Source of the DNA: Squalus acanthias | Lineage: Eukaryota | Length of the DNA stretch: 64,000 nucleotides | Reading direction: 5' to 3' | Assembly: GCA_030390025.1 (NCBI GenBank) | Contig: CM059432.1 | Coordinates: forward strand, 126,420,001 to 126,484,000 | Part shown: in pieces, positions 25,001 to 38,500 of the stretch | Layout: each line of letters opens with the position of its first letter | Position numbering within the stretch: position 1 is the first letter of the stretch | Program-made: the position numbers and the translations under genes | Notes under the pieces: generated by a model | Seen by the model: only the letters and a program-made list of their open reading frames with translations | Database searches by the model: none | Told to the model about the DNA's origin: nothing

Positions 25001-25870
25001 CGTCCGGATTTCCGAGCCGTTAGCAGCAGCCAGCGCCGGTCCTCGTTCACCCTTTTGGATGTCGAGGGCGGAGGCCGGGATGATGCTGTGCTGAGCCCCA
25101 GTGTCGCACAGGAACCGGCGGCCGGTTTTGTCATCCGTGACGAACAGCAGGGAGCCTGCGTGGCCCACGGCCATCGCGGGGGCTGGAACGGGGGCGGACT
25201 TGAAAGAGCAGGGAGGTGTGCACCATTGCGCCCTGGCGCCGAACCGTGCGTGGTAGTAACAGTGGTCCGGGTTAGTGGGGCATGAAGGCCCCGTTGGCCT
25301 GGTGACAGGCCCTTGTGGCCGTGTGCTGGATGGTGAGGGGCGCGCCCAGGCATTGGCTGCCAGGTCCGGAGTGACGTCGCGGCTGGAGTGAGCGGACAGC
25401 AGCTTGTCGGCCTCATCGGCCAGGGCTTCCAGGTTCGTGAGGCCGGACGCCACGATCGCTGGGCGGATGCTGAGAGGGAGCTGGCGGATGAACAGCGTGC
25501 GGAAGAGGGATCCGGGTGGGCTCTCGTCGGTGAGGGAGAGCATGTGGGAGAGGAGGTCTGACGGTGAGGCATCACCGAGGCCTGGAAGGTCGAGGAGGTG
25601 GCAGTTTCGCTGATATGCCGAGGCCGTAAATTTTTTAAGGAGCGCTGTCCTGAGATGTGCGTACTTGCCTTCCTCTGGTGGGTTCTGCAGCGTTGTCCAA
25701 ACCTTGGAACCTGCAGCACTACTGAGTGATGTGACGAGGTAGTCGTACTTCGTCCCATCTGTGGTGATATTTCGCAGCCGGAAGCGAGATTCAGCTTGGA
25801 GAAACCAGGCTTCGGGCTGGTTTTCCCAAAACTCCGGCAGTTTCACGGAAACTGCGTTCGTGTCCGCCAT
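22059..25870 (-). pseudogene. Gag-Pol polyprotein with one 1-nt frameshift (about 23660) and one in-frame stop (22665-22667)
   Basis: Gag CYYHARFGARAQWCTPPC, protease FLCDTGA, RT YLDD, RNase H TDAS / DRELLA / VDHKPL, integrase HHCC and D,D35E, C-terminal PYDGPY. Confidence 0.95.
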
Positions 25871-25895
25871 TGCAGTGCTCGGAATACGTTCTGAG

Positions 25896-25909
25896 CGTCG
25901 GGGTCACCA
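25896..25909 (-). promoter_or_regulatory. Primer-binding site complementary to tRNA-Trp
   Basis: TGGTGACCCCGACG 1 nt after the 5' LTR; matches the 3' end of vertebrate tRNA-Trp (same PBS start as avian sarcoma/leukosis viruses). Confidence 0.9.
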
Positions 25910-25910
25910 A

Positions 25911-26144
25911 TGTTGAGGCTGCCGCGAAACACGAATGGAGGCTGAATCCATGTGCGGAAAACAAGAAACTGCGAGAAAAACTGCTCCCAGAAATCTCTGG
26001 AAAAACTCCCAGAATTCTCTGGGTAAAACCTGAGGCCCCGCCCCCTTCTGCCTTAAAGGTAATGTGCCTTAAAGGGGAGGGGCTGGAAATTTGTCCACAG
26101 ACGGAAGAGTGGATTATGCCTGTTTTAGGTGGCGATCCGCCACA
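25911..26144 (-). repeat. 5' LTR (234 bp)
   Basis: Direct repeat of 21774-22038 with a 31-bp deletion. Confidence 0.95.
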
Positions 26145-26532
26145 CTTCACCTATTAAGACCTAACAGAACTCTCACCAACTGAAAGCTGGCATGAGTTCC
26201 ATTGAGGACTCAAGAAATGCCCCAAAGATTTCCAAGACAAATGCCTTTTGGCTCCCTTAGGACTTCCAGTGGTGGATCACAGCAGCCACCTGTGATGTTC
26301 CTTTCCATGTGCAAACTGCCTGCATGACTAAGATAATGACCCCACCCCCATCTGTGTCCTTGTCCAGGGGTGTGGGAGAATCCTGCTGCTCTGCACTTTC
26401 GTTGGCAGAGGCGGGACTGTGGAAATTCAGCCCCTATGTGCTTATCTGACAATTTAAAATAGATTGATGTCAATGGAATGAACATGAGGCAGGCAGGCTG
26501 TACAGCGGGTGGGCAATCACGTCCACCAGATG

Positions 26533-26545
26533 ACTCACTCACTCA

Positions 26546-26587
<42 letters not shown>
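26533..26587. repeat. Compound microsatellite (ACTC)4(AC)n
   Basis: Seen directly. Confidence 0.95.
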
Positions 26588-26588
<1 letters not shown>

Positions 26589-29152
26589 CCAAGCTACTTC
26601 CCAGCCTTAGCCCCATGGTGGAACCCACTTGTACCCTTGAAGAGGCCGGTATTCGTTGACATATCAGCCTCCAAAGTTATGACGGGTCCTTATGAGGCTG
26701 AGGACGTGGGAACTCCCAGTGTGAGAAGTCCATGCCCCGATCCCTGCCCCATCTGACATGGGTACTCTGAAAAAAGGAAAGACTGAGGTTTCGCCCCTCA
26801 AAATGCCCTGCAGATCCTGGCAACACAGGCATATCTGGGTCCCAGCCTGTTTTGTGGCCACACTCCTGTCAGACACCCGTGAAATTTCAGCCCCGTTATC
26901 TCCATTTCTGGTGAAGTTTTGTGATTACCTTGGTCAGGAATGCCAATGGTGACGAATGCCAATGCAGGCGAGTGCATTTCCCCCCACCCCCCGAGCATTA
27001 GGCACACCCAGGTCAAGTATATGGAGTAAAGCTCAATCATATCTACCCCAATAACATGCCTTCACCCTAACTTCAGTGGCACACTCTTCACTGTATCAGT
27101 GTTTCACTTCCATTTCTCACACCAGTCACGTTTATGGCCTTTGAGTGAAATTGGCCATTTAATGTTAAACTACAAGTCATTTCCTACTGTGAATTTATGG
27201 GCACCAGGAATTGAATTCATTCATTCTAAGCTCATTTCCTGCAGGTTCTTTACAATCCATCAGATTGCCTGCATTCAAACCCATGTGTGTGAGGTGAAAG
27301 AATCCACTACACTGCACATTACCAAAACTGTGAATTCCTCTAAAATGAGCAATACTTGTAACCACCCACTATGCATCCCAGAGAGTAAACAAAGTAACAG
27401 TATATTGGCATCTATTCACATTCAAATCTCAGATTTCAATGATTAAAATAAATTGGTAATTATAGAAAAATTTCCACTTTGTGAATCCTCAAAAATCTAT
27501 TCCTGGTAATTTTTTGTAATGGAACCTTTATATTGATAGTGTGCTGAAGCTGGCAGGAGAACAATACTTCTGCTGCGAACGGCACACTCAATGCAAAGGG
27601 GAAAAAATTCAAGCCTCCACTGGCACCCAGGAGTGGCTCTTAGCAAGTCTTGAGGGCGGAGTTTGGAGGTGCAGGAAACACTTGTTCTATTGCCCATCAG
27701 CTCACAGGGGCAGTAAAAGGGGAGAGCAACACTCGACAGTTGCAGGTCTCCACTTGAGCGCTGCCATCCCAAACATATAAAAATATCATAAATGTATATT
27801 AAATCAGCTGTAAAAGTTGGGCATCTCTAAGCTACTCTCAGTTGCACGGCGCATGTTGTAGTCAGTCTCGATCCAGTTTCCCAATGGGTGCCTGAAATGG
27901 TCGTTAGGCTCTCCACTTGCACAGGCAATGGGCCCAGCATTAGTTTCAGGCGGGTGCCTTGAACAACTCTGGGACGCCCTAACCAATTTGGTATGCAGTG
28001 CTGTGGTGCCATATTGGACCCTTTATTGCCCATTTTTCGCCTCAGGAGACAAGTGCTGCACAATCGGATTACTAGTCCAGTAACATATCCACTACACCAC
28101 ATATTTTTTTGCAATAGATGAAGATGAACTTATGACAGAGCCGTCAAAGTTGGTTGGATTTGGGAGAAATATGAAGAATTGAAAGAAACAAGGGCCAGGA
28201 ATTTCGTCTCATCAACAGTTTCCAATCTCACTTCTGGTGAAGTTATGGCGGCGGAGCGGGTGCAGCTCTGAAGAAATTCTCAGCCAAGATTTTTATTGTT
28301 CCAATGAAAGACATGGAGGAGGTCAAGATGTGGTGATTCAAACATAGTATTGTGAGAGGAATGAAGGCTCTGTGCACCTATAGCATGTAAAAATGCATGA
28401 ATGTGGATAGAATCATTAGAGGAAGAGATCTTGCATAATTTTGAATCAACTCAGAGTAGGTCTAAATTCCACATATGCTGGAAAGCATTAATCATGTTGG
28501 ACGAATGTGCCAATTTCTAGCCCCGCGAGCCTGTTCCGCCATTCAATTAGATCATGGCTGATCTGTATCTTAACTCCATCTAACCGCCTTGGTTCCGTAA
28601 CCCTTAATACCCTTGCCGAACAAAAATCTATCATATCCTTTAATCATGTTAAACACCTCAATTAGATCACCCCTTAATCTTCTATGTTCACGGGAATACT
28701 AAGCCTCGTCTACACAACCTGTCCTCATAATATAACCCTTTTAGTCGCGGTATTATTCTGGTGAATCTGCGCTGCACCCCCTCCATGGCCAATATATCCT
28801 TCCTGAGGTGCAGTGTCCAGTACTGAATGCAATGCTCCAGATGGAGTCTCACCAGAGCTCTGTACAGCTGGAACATAACTTCCACGCCTTTGTATTCCAG
28901 CCTTCTTGTGATAAAGGCCAACATTTCATCAACTGTTTTAATTAATTTTGTACCTGTCTACTAGCTTTTAGTGATTTCCATACTTGAACCCCCAAATCTC
29001 TGCTCATTCACAGCTCCTTGCCTCTTGTCATTTACAAAATACTCTGATCTATCTTTCTTAGGTCCAAAGTGGATGACCTCACACTTTGCCACATTGAACT
29101 TAATCTGCCACAGTTTTTCCCACTGACTTAATCTATCAATGTCCCTTTGCAA

Positions 29153-29615
29153 GCTCGAGGAACAGCACCTCATCTTTCGTTTAGGCACGCTACAGCCCTC
29201 TGGACTCAATATCGAGTTCAACAATTTTAGATCATAACCTCAGCTCCAATCACATTTATATTTTATTTTTTCCACCCTTTTATTTGCCCCCCCCACCTTT
29301 TTTTTTCCTCCTAGAAGCTGGCAGCTGTCCTTCATTCTGCCAGTGGATGTCACACTTCTTTCAGCCTTAATCTGTCACATTAACACCACCTCTAGCCTTG
29401 CATATCTCTTAATGTCTCTTAATGTCTCTTCCTCTCCCCCTTTGTTCTTTTATCCCCTCCCCCTTTTCCCAGCTTTACTCTGGCCTTAAATCCATTTGAT
29501 TTCCGGCTCTTCACAGTTCTGACGAAAGGTCATCGACCTGAAACGTTAACTCTCTTTCTTTCTCCACGGATGCTGCCTGGCCTGCTGAGTTTTTCCAGCG
29601 TTTTCTGTTGTTATT
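29153..29615 (+). mobile_element. Penelope-like 3' fragment/pLTR, family A, with 11-bp TSD
   Basis: Nearly identical to 60915-61386; TCCCTTTGCAA at 29142-29152 and 29616-29626. Confidence 0.93.
29515..29551 (+). ncRNA. Minimal type I hammerhead ribozyme (family A)
   Basis: AGUU-CUGACGA-A-AGGUC AUC GACCU-GAAA-CG-UU^AACU, perfect 5-bp helix II. Confidence 0.85.
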
Positions 29616-30549
29616 TCCCTTTGCAACTTTCTGCTTCTATATACACCATTTACTGTGCCACCTAACTTGGTGTCATTAGCAAACTTGGATATGCGGCTCT
29701 CTATTCCTTCATCTAAGTCATTGATAAATATAGTGAAAAGTTGAGGTCCTAGTACAGATCCCTGGGGGACACCACTAGTCAAGTCCTGCCAATTGGACTA
29801 TTTACCCTACACCCATTATCCCAACTCTCTGTCTGCTACCTCCTAACCAATTCTCTACCCTTGTCAATAGGTTGTCTCCAATTCCATGCGCTTTCATTTT
29901 TGTTAACAGTCTCTTGTGTGGAACTTTATCGAATGCCTTCTGGAAGTCTATATAAAGAAGTCATAGACACTCCCTTATCTACCACATCAGTAACCTCCTC
30001 AAAAAATTCAACTAGGTTTGTTAGACATGAATTACCTTTACACATCCATGCTGGCTCTCTCTGATCAGCTCATATTTGTCTAAAATGATCAAATTTACTC
30101 CTAATAATAGGGTAAGTCATCAGATTTTGACATTATGCAATAAGAAAGTTTTGCCCAGTTTAACACGGATGGATTCAGACTGCCAGAAATACAACCAAAA
30201 CCCAGTTTTTTCAGCTCAATTTCCAATTTGCTTTTGGGGAGTGGAGGGGAGGGGGGTGGAAGTGGGGTGGGGGAAGAGACTTATTGAGACCTAGTTTAAA
30301 AAGATTCATAAAAAGCAAAACCCATTCATTATAGAGTTCCTGCCAGTAGGCACATCAGAAGGTTCCAGAGTGTAATCATTACAGCTTCCATAAGCCCCTT
30401 CCCATCCTCCTAGCTTTCTGCTTCTATCCCAACCTTCAAGGCCAGTCTCAGGATTTTTGGGGCCCCTAGCAAATTTAGTCAAGGGAGCCACCCTGCCCAG
30501 CTTATCACTTTCCACTCCATCTCTCAGGTTTTTTTTAAAACCATTTTTC

Positions 30550-31690
30550 TCCTTAACCATTGAGAATTAAGGATTGAGAAATAAAAAGATGAACGACTGA
30601 GAAGGAGGGTGAATTTGAGTCAAATCAGGTACAGAAAGAGAAATAAAGAGAGGGAAATAAAGACTGGATTAAGAGAGAGAGAAAAAAAGAGACAATAAGG
30701 AAAAGTAAAAAAAAAAATTAATTTAAAATTTGACATTTATAAAATCTCCAACAACAATTCACTACCTGAAGGAATGAGACTCCACAGTTTGAATTGTTCA
30801 CTGGAGCAGAGAGGTTGACTGGCAGTCATACACAATCATCACATCGTAAAGGGTATTTACGCTATTAATTGCTACCCTCATCCATACCTTTGTTACCTCT
30901 AGACTTGACTATTCCAACGCATTCCTGGCTGGCCTCCCACATTCTACCCTATGTAAACTTGAGGTCTTACAAAACTCAGCTGCCCGTGTCCTACCTCGCA
31001 CCAAGTCCCGTTCACCCATCACCCCTGTGCTCGCTGACCTTCATTGCCTCCCAGTTGAGCAACGCCTTGATTTCAAAATTCTCATCGTTTTCAAATCCCT
31101 CCATGGCCTCACCCCTCCCTATCTCTGTAATCTCCTTCAGCCCCACAACCCCGAGATATCTGCACTCCTCAAATTCTGCCCTCTTGAGCATCCATCGGTG
31201 GCCGTGCCTAGGCCCTAAGCTCTGGAACTCCCCCCCTAAACCTCTCCGCCTCTCTACCTCTCTCTCCTCCTTTAAGACGCTCCTTAAAACCTACCTCTTT
31301 GACCAAGCTTTTGGTCATCTGCCCTAATTTCTTATTGGCTCGGTGTCAAATTTTTGTCTTATAACACTCCTGTGAAGCACCTTGGGACGTTTTACTACGT
31401 TAAAGGTGCAATATAAATACAAGTTTATGTTGTTGATTTAACTTTCTGCGGTGAGTTTAATGGGCAATTAATGAGCAAATCCAGCAAGTTCTTAAAAATA
31501 ATGTGGAGGCTAAGGGCATGATGCTGTTTGTGCAAAGCAAACAGTGGAATGGCATAAATCGACCAGCAAGTTCTGAAGATTAACAACTCATGGCATATCT
31601 CTTAATCCCCTGAACTTGCTGACCGATTTGCACATTAATAACGGTGTGCATCATTCACAAGCCATTACTTTTTCAGCAAGTTCCGACCCA
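30550..31690. mobile_element. Non-autonomous Harbinger-like element (same family as 38755-39526, inverted) interrupted by an L2
   Basis: TCAAATCAGGTACAGAAA..GGATTAAGAGAGAGAG..CCTGAAGGAATGAGACTC is the reverse complement of 39115-39265. Confidence 0.65.
30869..31435 (+). mobile_element. L2 LINE 3' fragment
   Basis: Collinear with 34118-34720 (SRLDYSN, ITPVLADLH, LKTYLF). Confidence 0.88.
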
Positions 31691-33364
31691 TTGGACTGAA
31701 TTTTAATAGGGAAGGCAGGTTGGGACCAAGGGGAGAGGGAGGGGGACGGGGTGGGGCTCTGAAGCGGTCGGGAAATCCAGGAGACTTTTAGGAATCCTTG
31801 TGCAAACTTTTGCAGTGGACATTATTCAGCGATGCTCAGGACGGTTTCTACATTATCAGTTCAGGTCTCACTTGCTTCACTACTTTCTTTTGCACAATAA
31901 ATATTTGTGTCTGCTAATCGAAACTTTGTTTTAACCATATTCTCTAGCTGGTCTATAGACTGAGGAGCCAAATATCTGTGGCCCTTCTGGTGCACTATCA
32001 CCGAAACTGCAGTGAAAGTGTGCTGGAAATACTGTACACTTGGCCAGGATCCAGCCTTACGTCAGGCATTCCATGGGCCTGGGAAGGGGTGGAACGTCCG
32101 CCCGCCCCTCACAACACCAATGTTCTAGGAGGGAACGGGGTTGGGGCCAGCAACCTCCAACATCGGGAGTTCCCACGTCCCTGGTTCTTAAAGGGACCTG
32201 GTGAATCACTGGTGAGACCAGACATACTGGCATATGTGGGTCCCACCTTGCAGGTATCTAGGCTCCTTTTAATACTATTTAAAAAAAAACAGCTTTAAAG
32301 AGAAGTTTTAAAATAAAAATTGTGAGCGCAACATTTTTTTAAAGTTCCATTTTTAAGCGTTGCCAAGAAAAATCACACAAAAGCTCAAGTCCTATTGAAG
32401 CCAGTGTGAATTGCAGCTGGACAAAGTGGACTGGTGGTAGCCAATGCGCATCTCCGCTCATCATCTAACAGTATAAGTGGGGTGGCTTGATAAAGGAATA
32501 AATTGCTCCTGGGTTGACATTTCACAATGCAGTAACTCCTTCATATGAATTTCTTCCATCTGTTCTTTTATTGAAACTGTTAGACCAAAAATGGCTTAAA
32601 GCCTTCATCGAATTAGCAGACAAGATAATCTCATATGAACATATTACCTTTTTTTGCTAAGATTAAATGTTGGATACCTAAATGATTTTACTTGACTTTT
32701 TTCTTTCTCCTTTTAAAGGAGGATTGTTTCCATGAAAAAGCATTTGTAGAAACCGTTTTTTTGTGGGTAGGGAGAAGACACTGAACGTTTACATGTCATT
32801 TTCCCATGGTAACTGCCATTTACAACATCGTGTTGTGCATGAAGCCACAGTTCCACCTTGGAAAAGTAATTTTTTTTTGCCCTTAAATTTACAACCACAG
32901 TAGTAATAACTTCCTGCTATTGATCTTTCTCTGTGTTCCTAGATTGTCTTTTATATTATTTTCTGTGGTCTTCTATACTCCAGTCCGCAAATGCTGTCGT
33001 CTGACACAAGGCTATTTGCAGTGAAACGATTTAATTGCAGACTGAAACAGCACTTAATATAAAGAAAGAAAATAAGAAAAGAAACAGACGCATCTGCTCC
33101 GAAAGCAAGTCCCAAGTTTAAGCCCCCCTCTAAAGCACACCATGTGTTCTTATTTGTCTAAAATTTCAATAGAAGGAAGCCATTCCCTTACAACCAACCA
33201 CTCCTCATGCCCAGCTGGGAATTTGTAAAACATAAAAGAAAAAGTAAGTGGTTGAAGACAGCAATGAAACCTCCCTTGAGAGCAATAGCTGCACGCAGTT
33301 GATTTTCCTTCTGTCAGCTAACACGGATTGCTTTTCACAGAAATAACTAGACATCTTCAACAGC

Positions 33365-34720
33365 TGCAAACTCCATGTTTGAATCCCTCCAATCCGGTTT
33401 CCGCCCCTGCCATAGTACTGAAATTGCTCTCATCAAAGTCACAAATGACATCCTTTGTGACTGTGACAAAGGTAAACTATCCCTCCTCGTCCTTCTCAAC
33501 CTGTCTGCAGCCTTTGACATGGTTGACCACTCCATCCTCCTCCAACGCCTCTCCACCATCGTCCAGCTGGGTGGGACTGCACTCGCCTGGTTTCACTCTT
33601 ATCTATCTAATCGTAGCCAGAAAATCACCTGCAACGGCTTCTTTTTCTGCTCCCACATCGTTACCTCTGGGGTCCCCCAAAGATCTATCCTTGGGCCCCT
33701 CCTATTTCTCATCTATATGCTGCCCTTTGGCGACATCATCCGAAAACACAGCGTCAGTTTCCACATGAATGCTGACGACACCCAGCTCTACCTCAGCACG
33801 ACTTCTCTCGACCCCTCCACGATCTCTAAATTGACACACTGCTTGTCTGACATCCAGTACTGGATAAGCAGAAATTTTCTCCAATTAAATATTGGGAAGA
33901 CCGAAGCCATTGTTTTCGGTCCCCATCACAAACTCCGTTCCCTAGCCACCGACTCCATCCCTCTCCCTAACATCTGTCTGAGGCTGAACCACATTGTTCG
34001 CAACTTTGGTGTCATATTTGACCCTGAAATGAGCTTCCGACCACATATCCGCAGCATAACAAAGACCGCCTATTTCCACCTCCGTAACATCACCCTTCGC
34101 CCCACCTCAGCTCATCTGCTGCTGAAACCCTCATCAATGCCTTTGTTACCTCTAGACTTGACTATTCCAACACACTCCTGGCTGGCCTCCCACATTCTAC
34201 CCCACATAAACTTGAGGTGATCCAAAACTCGGCTGCCCGTGTCCTGACTCGCACCAAGTCCCGTTCACCCATCACCCCTGTGCTCGCTGATCTACATTGG
34301 CTTCCGGTTAAGCAACGCCTTGATTTAAAAATTCTCATCCTTGTTTTCAAATCCCTCCATGGCCTCGCCCCTCCCTATCTCTGTAATCTCCTTCAGCCCC
34401 ACCCCCCGGAGATATCTGCGCTCCTCAAATTCTGCCCTATTGAGCATCCCTGATTATAATCGCTCAACCATCGGTGGCCGTGCCTTCTGTTGCCAAGGCC
34501 CTAAGCTCTGGAACTCCCTTCCTGAACCTCTCCGCCTCTCTACCTCGCTTTCCTCCTTTAAGACGCTCCTTAAAACTTACCTCTTTGACCAAGCTTTTGG
34601 TCATCTGTCCTAATTTCTCCTTATGTGGTTCTGTGTCAATTTTTTGTCTTATTACACTCCTGTGAAACGCCTTGAGACGTTTTATTATGTTAAAGGCGCT
34701 ATATAAATACAAGTTGCTAC
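33365..34720 (+). mobile_element. L2-clade LINE, RT and 3' end
   Basis: QSGFRPCHSTEIALIKVTND, LSAAFDMVDH, GVPQ.SILGP, ADDTQLY, QLNIGKTE; tail GGCGCTATATAAATACAAGTTG. Confidence 0.9.
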
Positions 34721-35501
34721 TGTTGCAGACGCTTCTTGTTGCAATCTGCTTGTTAATCAACACAATGTACAATCACAATTGTTTATTTTTGACTGCATCT
34801 CCTACGCCATTATTTCTATATGGTTCAAAGAGGATGAACAAGTCTTTCCATAAGGTTTGACCACTTAAACCAATGGATGAGACTGCCAGTCTGAATTACT
34901 TACAAGACCATCAGCATGACTCTTTTACCCTCTGAGCTCGCCTGATGATGAATAAGGTTTCAGTTTGTCGCTCTTATTAGAGGCAACCATTTAGCATATT
35001 TACTTGGCATTTAACGGCCATGTAACTGCAAAGTACGTCACAATATTACATCAAATTCTTTTAAATCATGAGGCACAATCTGCCAGTACCTCAGTAAACA
35101 CATGTTCAACTGGGTTCACATGATATTGGTTCCTAATGACACAACCCGTGTGTGACATTTTTATCAAATCACAGCGCACACTTCTTCCCCAGACAAAAGA
35201 AAATACAAGACGACAAAATCAATTTGAACAATTGACATTAGCCATAATATTGATAACTGTCAACGATTGAACAAGATTCAATATCCAACATATTGTGCCA
35301 CACCAACTATGTACTGATGTATTTGTGTCTTTAAAAATCATGTTTCTCAACCCACCCGTTGTACTGCACCGTATCCAACATGTTCGTACTGAATTGCTTA
35401 GTTCATAATTCAATATGCTTTGAAAAATATTAATTAAAATAAAAACACTGGTTAAGTGTCAATTTCAATGTTCAAATGATATGTCACTAATAATACATAT
35501 A

Positions 35502-36386
35502 GGGGGAGAAATTCGGTATCGCCCCGTTTGGGGCGCAATTATCGGCCGGGCGCAAAGTTTAGCGCCTGGTGCTAATTATTGCCTCCGACTGCAAACTTGG
35601 CTTCTATCGCCCCTGGAGGTGGTTGGAGAGCTAAATCAGGTGCTACACAGCTCTAAGGCGCTAACGCCAAGAAGGAGCGAGGCGCTACCTCATAGCGCTG
35701 GCGAAGCTCATGTGATGTCAGTCAGCAATGGAACACAGACACACTGGCGCCGGCCAGTTCTTAAAGGGGAGGGTCGATCTTGCTCTCCATCCGCACACTG
35801 CTCATTGCAGCCTTGAATCTCGGCCTGGAGAGACCTGTACATCAAATCTGATGGAAAGAACAATGGAGACGCCCAAGGAAAGAGCTCAGAGTGCAGTCCC
35901 CGTAGTCACTTCTAAATTGATGCAAGGAAGGTCAAATTAAAATGAACCTGCAAAGTGCTGCTCAGTAACCAAAACTTCTTCACACAGCGTTGCATCTCTC
36001 CAGAAGTCTCTCTCTCTCTCAGAATGCGTGGTGCAAAAATGTCGCTGACAAAAATAGACAGGCAGCGGTCGCCTTTAAATAGCGCTCCCCCAGTCTCTTC
36101 CCGACTGCAAAACGCTCCCCTCAACCTGTCGTTGCTAGCGGCAGGCGGTAAGGCAGGGGGCGCCACTCAATATCCGGTCCGGGGCACTACCAGGGCATTG
36201 CACGCTCGACTGGCGTCACGATCTGCGGGCGCAGGAGATCGTGGCAGTAGTGTTTAGCCGCAAAATGTCTGGTCAATTTCGCGAGTGGCGCAAACATCGC
36301 CGCGCTCGGGCGCTAGTTGCTTTGCGCCCCATTAGGGTCCTCTTAGGGCGCTAACGGGAGGCGCACAGCAACCAAATTTTCCCCCC
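35502..36386. mobile_element. Harbinger-like MITE with TIRs and 3-bp TSD
   Basis: GGGGGAGAAATTCGGT / ACCAAATTTTCCCCCC (13/16 match), ATA on both sides, CpG-rich with repeated GGCGCTAA/TTAGCGCC motifs. Confidence 0.8.
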
Positions 36387-38139
36387 ATAAATTTGTTATT
36401 AAAAATGTAATATGAAATTTAATTTAATAACAAATTTATAAATTTTTCCTTCAAACTCAGCAAGTACAACTGGCAGATATTTATATTTATCTGTTTATCT
36501 ATATAATCCATCTATATATAATGAAACATTTTTAGCTGCATGAATGCCATGACCATAGCATCTGTCCATCAATTTTCTTTTGAACGCCCACCAATTTTCT
36601 TTTTCCTCATTGGTTAAGTATCTTGGTTTTTCTCTTTTCTAACTGATTACCTCTACGTCCGTTATTGCCTGAATATAATAATGGAAAAGCCTTCTCCTCA
36701 ATTTTCACTTTTTCCCCCATCGCATTTCAGCAAAAAGAAAATTCTACCCTTTCCAGTGGAAACAAATTGGTAAAAAAGACTGAGATACAGTGGGTCTGAC
36801 AACTCTGCACCCACCAAACAGCAAAATCTCTCAGATAAAAGAGTCATAGGAAAAATCCCAAACTTCTCCATAAATATGGCTCCAACAACTTCCCCACCAC
36901 TGTCCAGAAGCAGCACAATGAACCCTGTCAGGCCTTTAAACATCCCGAATTCCAGGTACTGTACATCCTTCCCTGGTTAGGTATGTCCTCAACTGGACAA
37001 CGTTTGTTTTAAATTTATTTAGTCACATCCTCGGGACTACAATTCCAAGGAGCATTTCTTAAGCAGGGGAGCTCTCAGGAGCCACCATGTAGCCATTCTT
37101 CCCAAGTACATACTGGAATTCATCTGCTAAAGTATGTTCAGCTATTTCCTGACCCCCAATTCCAAGGTGCACCCACCAGCCCCCCACCCCCCACCGCAAC
37201 CCTCTCCCTTCCCATATCTTCCTACTTTTACTGTGTTTCACCACCCCCTCCCTGATCGCTCTCTTTTCTGTGGCCTGCGCCTTTCCCCACCCCAACAATC
37301 ACTCAATGCAGTGGAATGAGCATCGCAGGAAACAGGAAGTGCTCCAGAAACAAACAGCAGAGTAAGAAAGTGGAGGGACTGGCAAAGTGAAAATTTAAAA
37401 AAGGAACAATGAGAGGAAAGGAAAAGTAAAGGAAGAAATGGCTGGGAAAAGCAATATATCCAATGACCAAAGTCCCAACTTTATTTATTTCAGTAACCTT
37501 TGGGGGAAAGGAAAGAGAAACAAATGCTGTCATAGGAGGGGAGGGAGGGAGCTTCTTTAGTGGAGCAAAAGAAATGGAGTGAGACCTTTTATAAGGGTGA
37601 GGGGCAAGGAGAGCGAGAGAGACGATCTTGAGGGCCTGGTTGCGGAGGGGAGGGTTTTGCAGAGGGTCAGTGAGGCACCTGCTTGGGGGGTCAGGGGTGT
37701 GGTGAGGGAGGGAGAGATAGGGAGGGGTAGAAATACACCCTTCCAGGAGAGAGAGAGGGGATAAGTAGCCTGTTGTGAAAGATGGAGAGAGAGAACCTGT
37801 TGAAGGATGAGTACTCTGTTGATGGCAGGGCTGGGGGGGTGCGGTGGGGGGAGAGACTCTTAAGACAAGGGGGAGTGAGCCACTGTTGAGGGAGTGAGTG
37901 GTGCAGGAAGAGAGAGGGAGAGGAACCCCAGTACTGGGCTGTCTCTGGTTCTGCTGGAAGGATGGTTGCTATCGGGGTTAGTGATCTGTTATCAAACAGC
38001 ATATCCTCTGCCTCACCATAAGCATCACCCTGGGAGATCCGCCAGTAACTACTGGAAAAAACAAAGCCCGTGTGTCTGTAACACAGGATAATCCGCATAT
38101 GCCACCACTGATATTGACCAACACATCACATGAATCCCA

Positions 38140-38500
38140 TACTCCTCAGTGTCTGAGTTGGTAAACGCAGACCCCAGTGCAGAGATCCCAGGTTTGTCCT
38201 TTTTTTGTGTGCTGAGCTTAACCAGACTGGCATGTAGGAGTACTAAAATTGGCCGAGGTATCACTGGCCTCAGAAGGGGGAAAAAATGGTCATCCATTTC
38301 CAATCACAACCAGTAACTTCTGCTGGAAAGTGCATGCATGTGTGAACATGGTAAGTACAGGATGTGTTTCCATCCACATCGAATAACTTGCCGACTCTCA
38401 CCATCGAGCCTCAAACATGTAAAAGGCTAATTGGGTGAAGCACCAGCGAGCTGGCCGCACACGTGGAACTGTACCCCAGCACGACACAGCACCTTCAGAA
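38140..38500 (+). mobile_element. LF-SINE-like relic, most of the element
   Basis: TCCCAGGTT..GTGCTGAG..AATTGGCC..CTGCTGGAAAGTGC..CGAATAACTTGCCGAC..CGTGGAACTGTACCCCAGCA..CAGCACCTTCAG in LF-SINE order. Confidence 0.7.

Larger units (their letters stand above)
21774..26144 (-). mobile_element. Full-length Ty3/Gypsy LTR retrotransposon, CsRn1/Kabuki-like clade
   Basis: Two TG..CA LTRs, CTTC TSD at 21770-21773 and 26145-26148, PBS, PPT, domain order gag-PR-RT-RH-IN. Confidence 0.97.
28525..30072 (-). mobile_element. CR1 LINE RT/3' portion, interrupted by a PLE
   Basis: ORFs 29546-29782 (GVPQGSVLGPQLF) and 28688-28924 (LYRALVR.HLEHC). Confidence 0.9.

Noticed and set aside
22388..25758. Many long antisense and alternative-frame ORFs within the Gypsy element
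   Set aside because: Expected shadows of a GC-rich coding sequence; no recognisable domains
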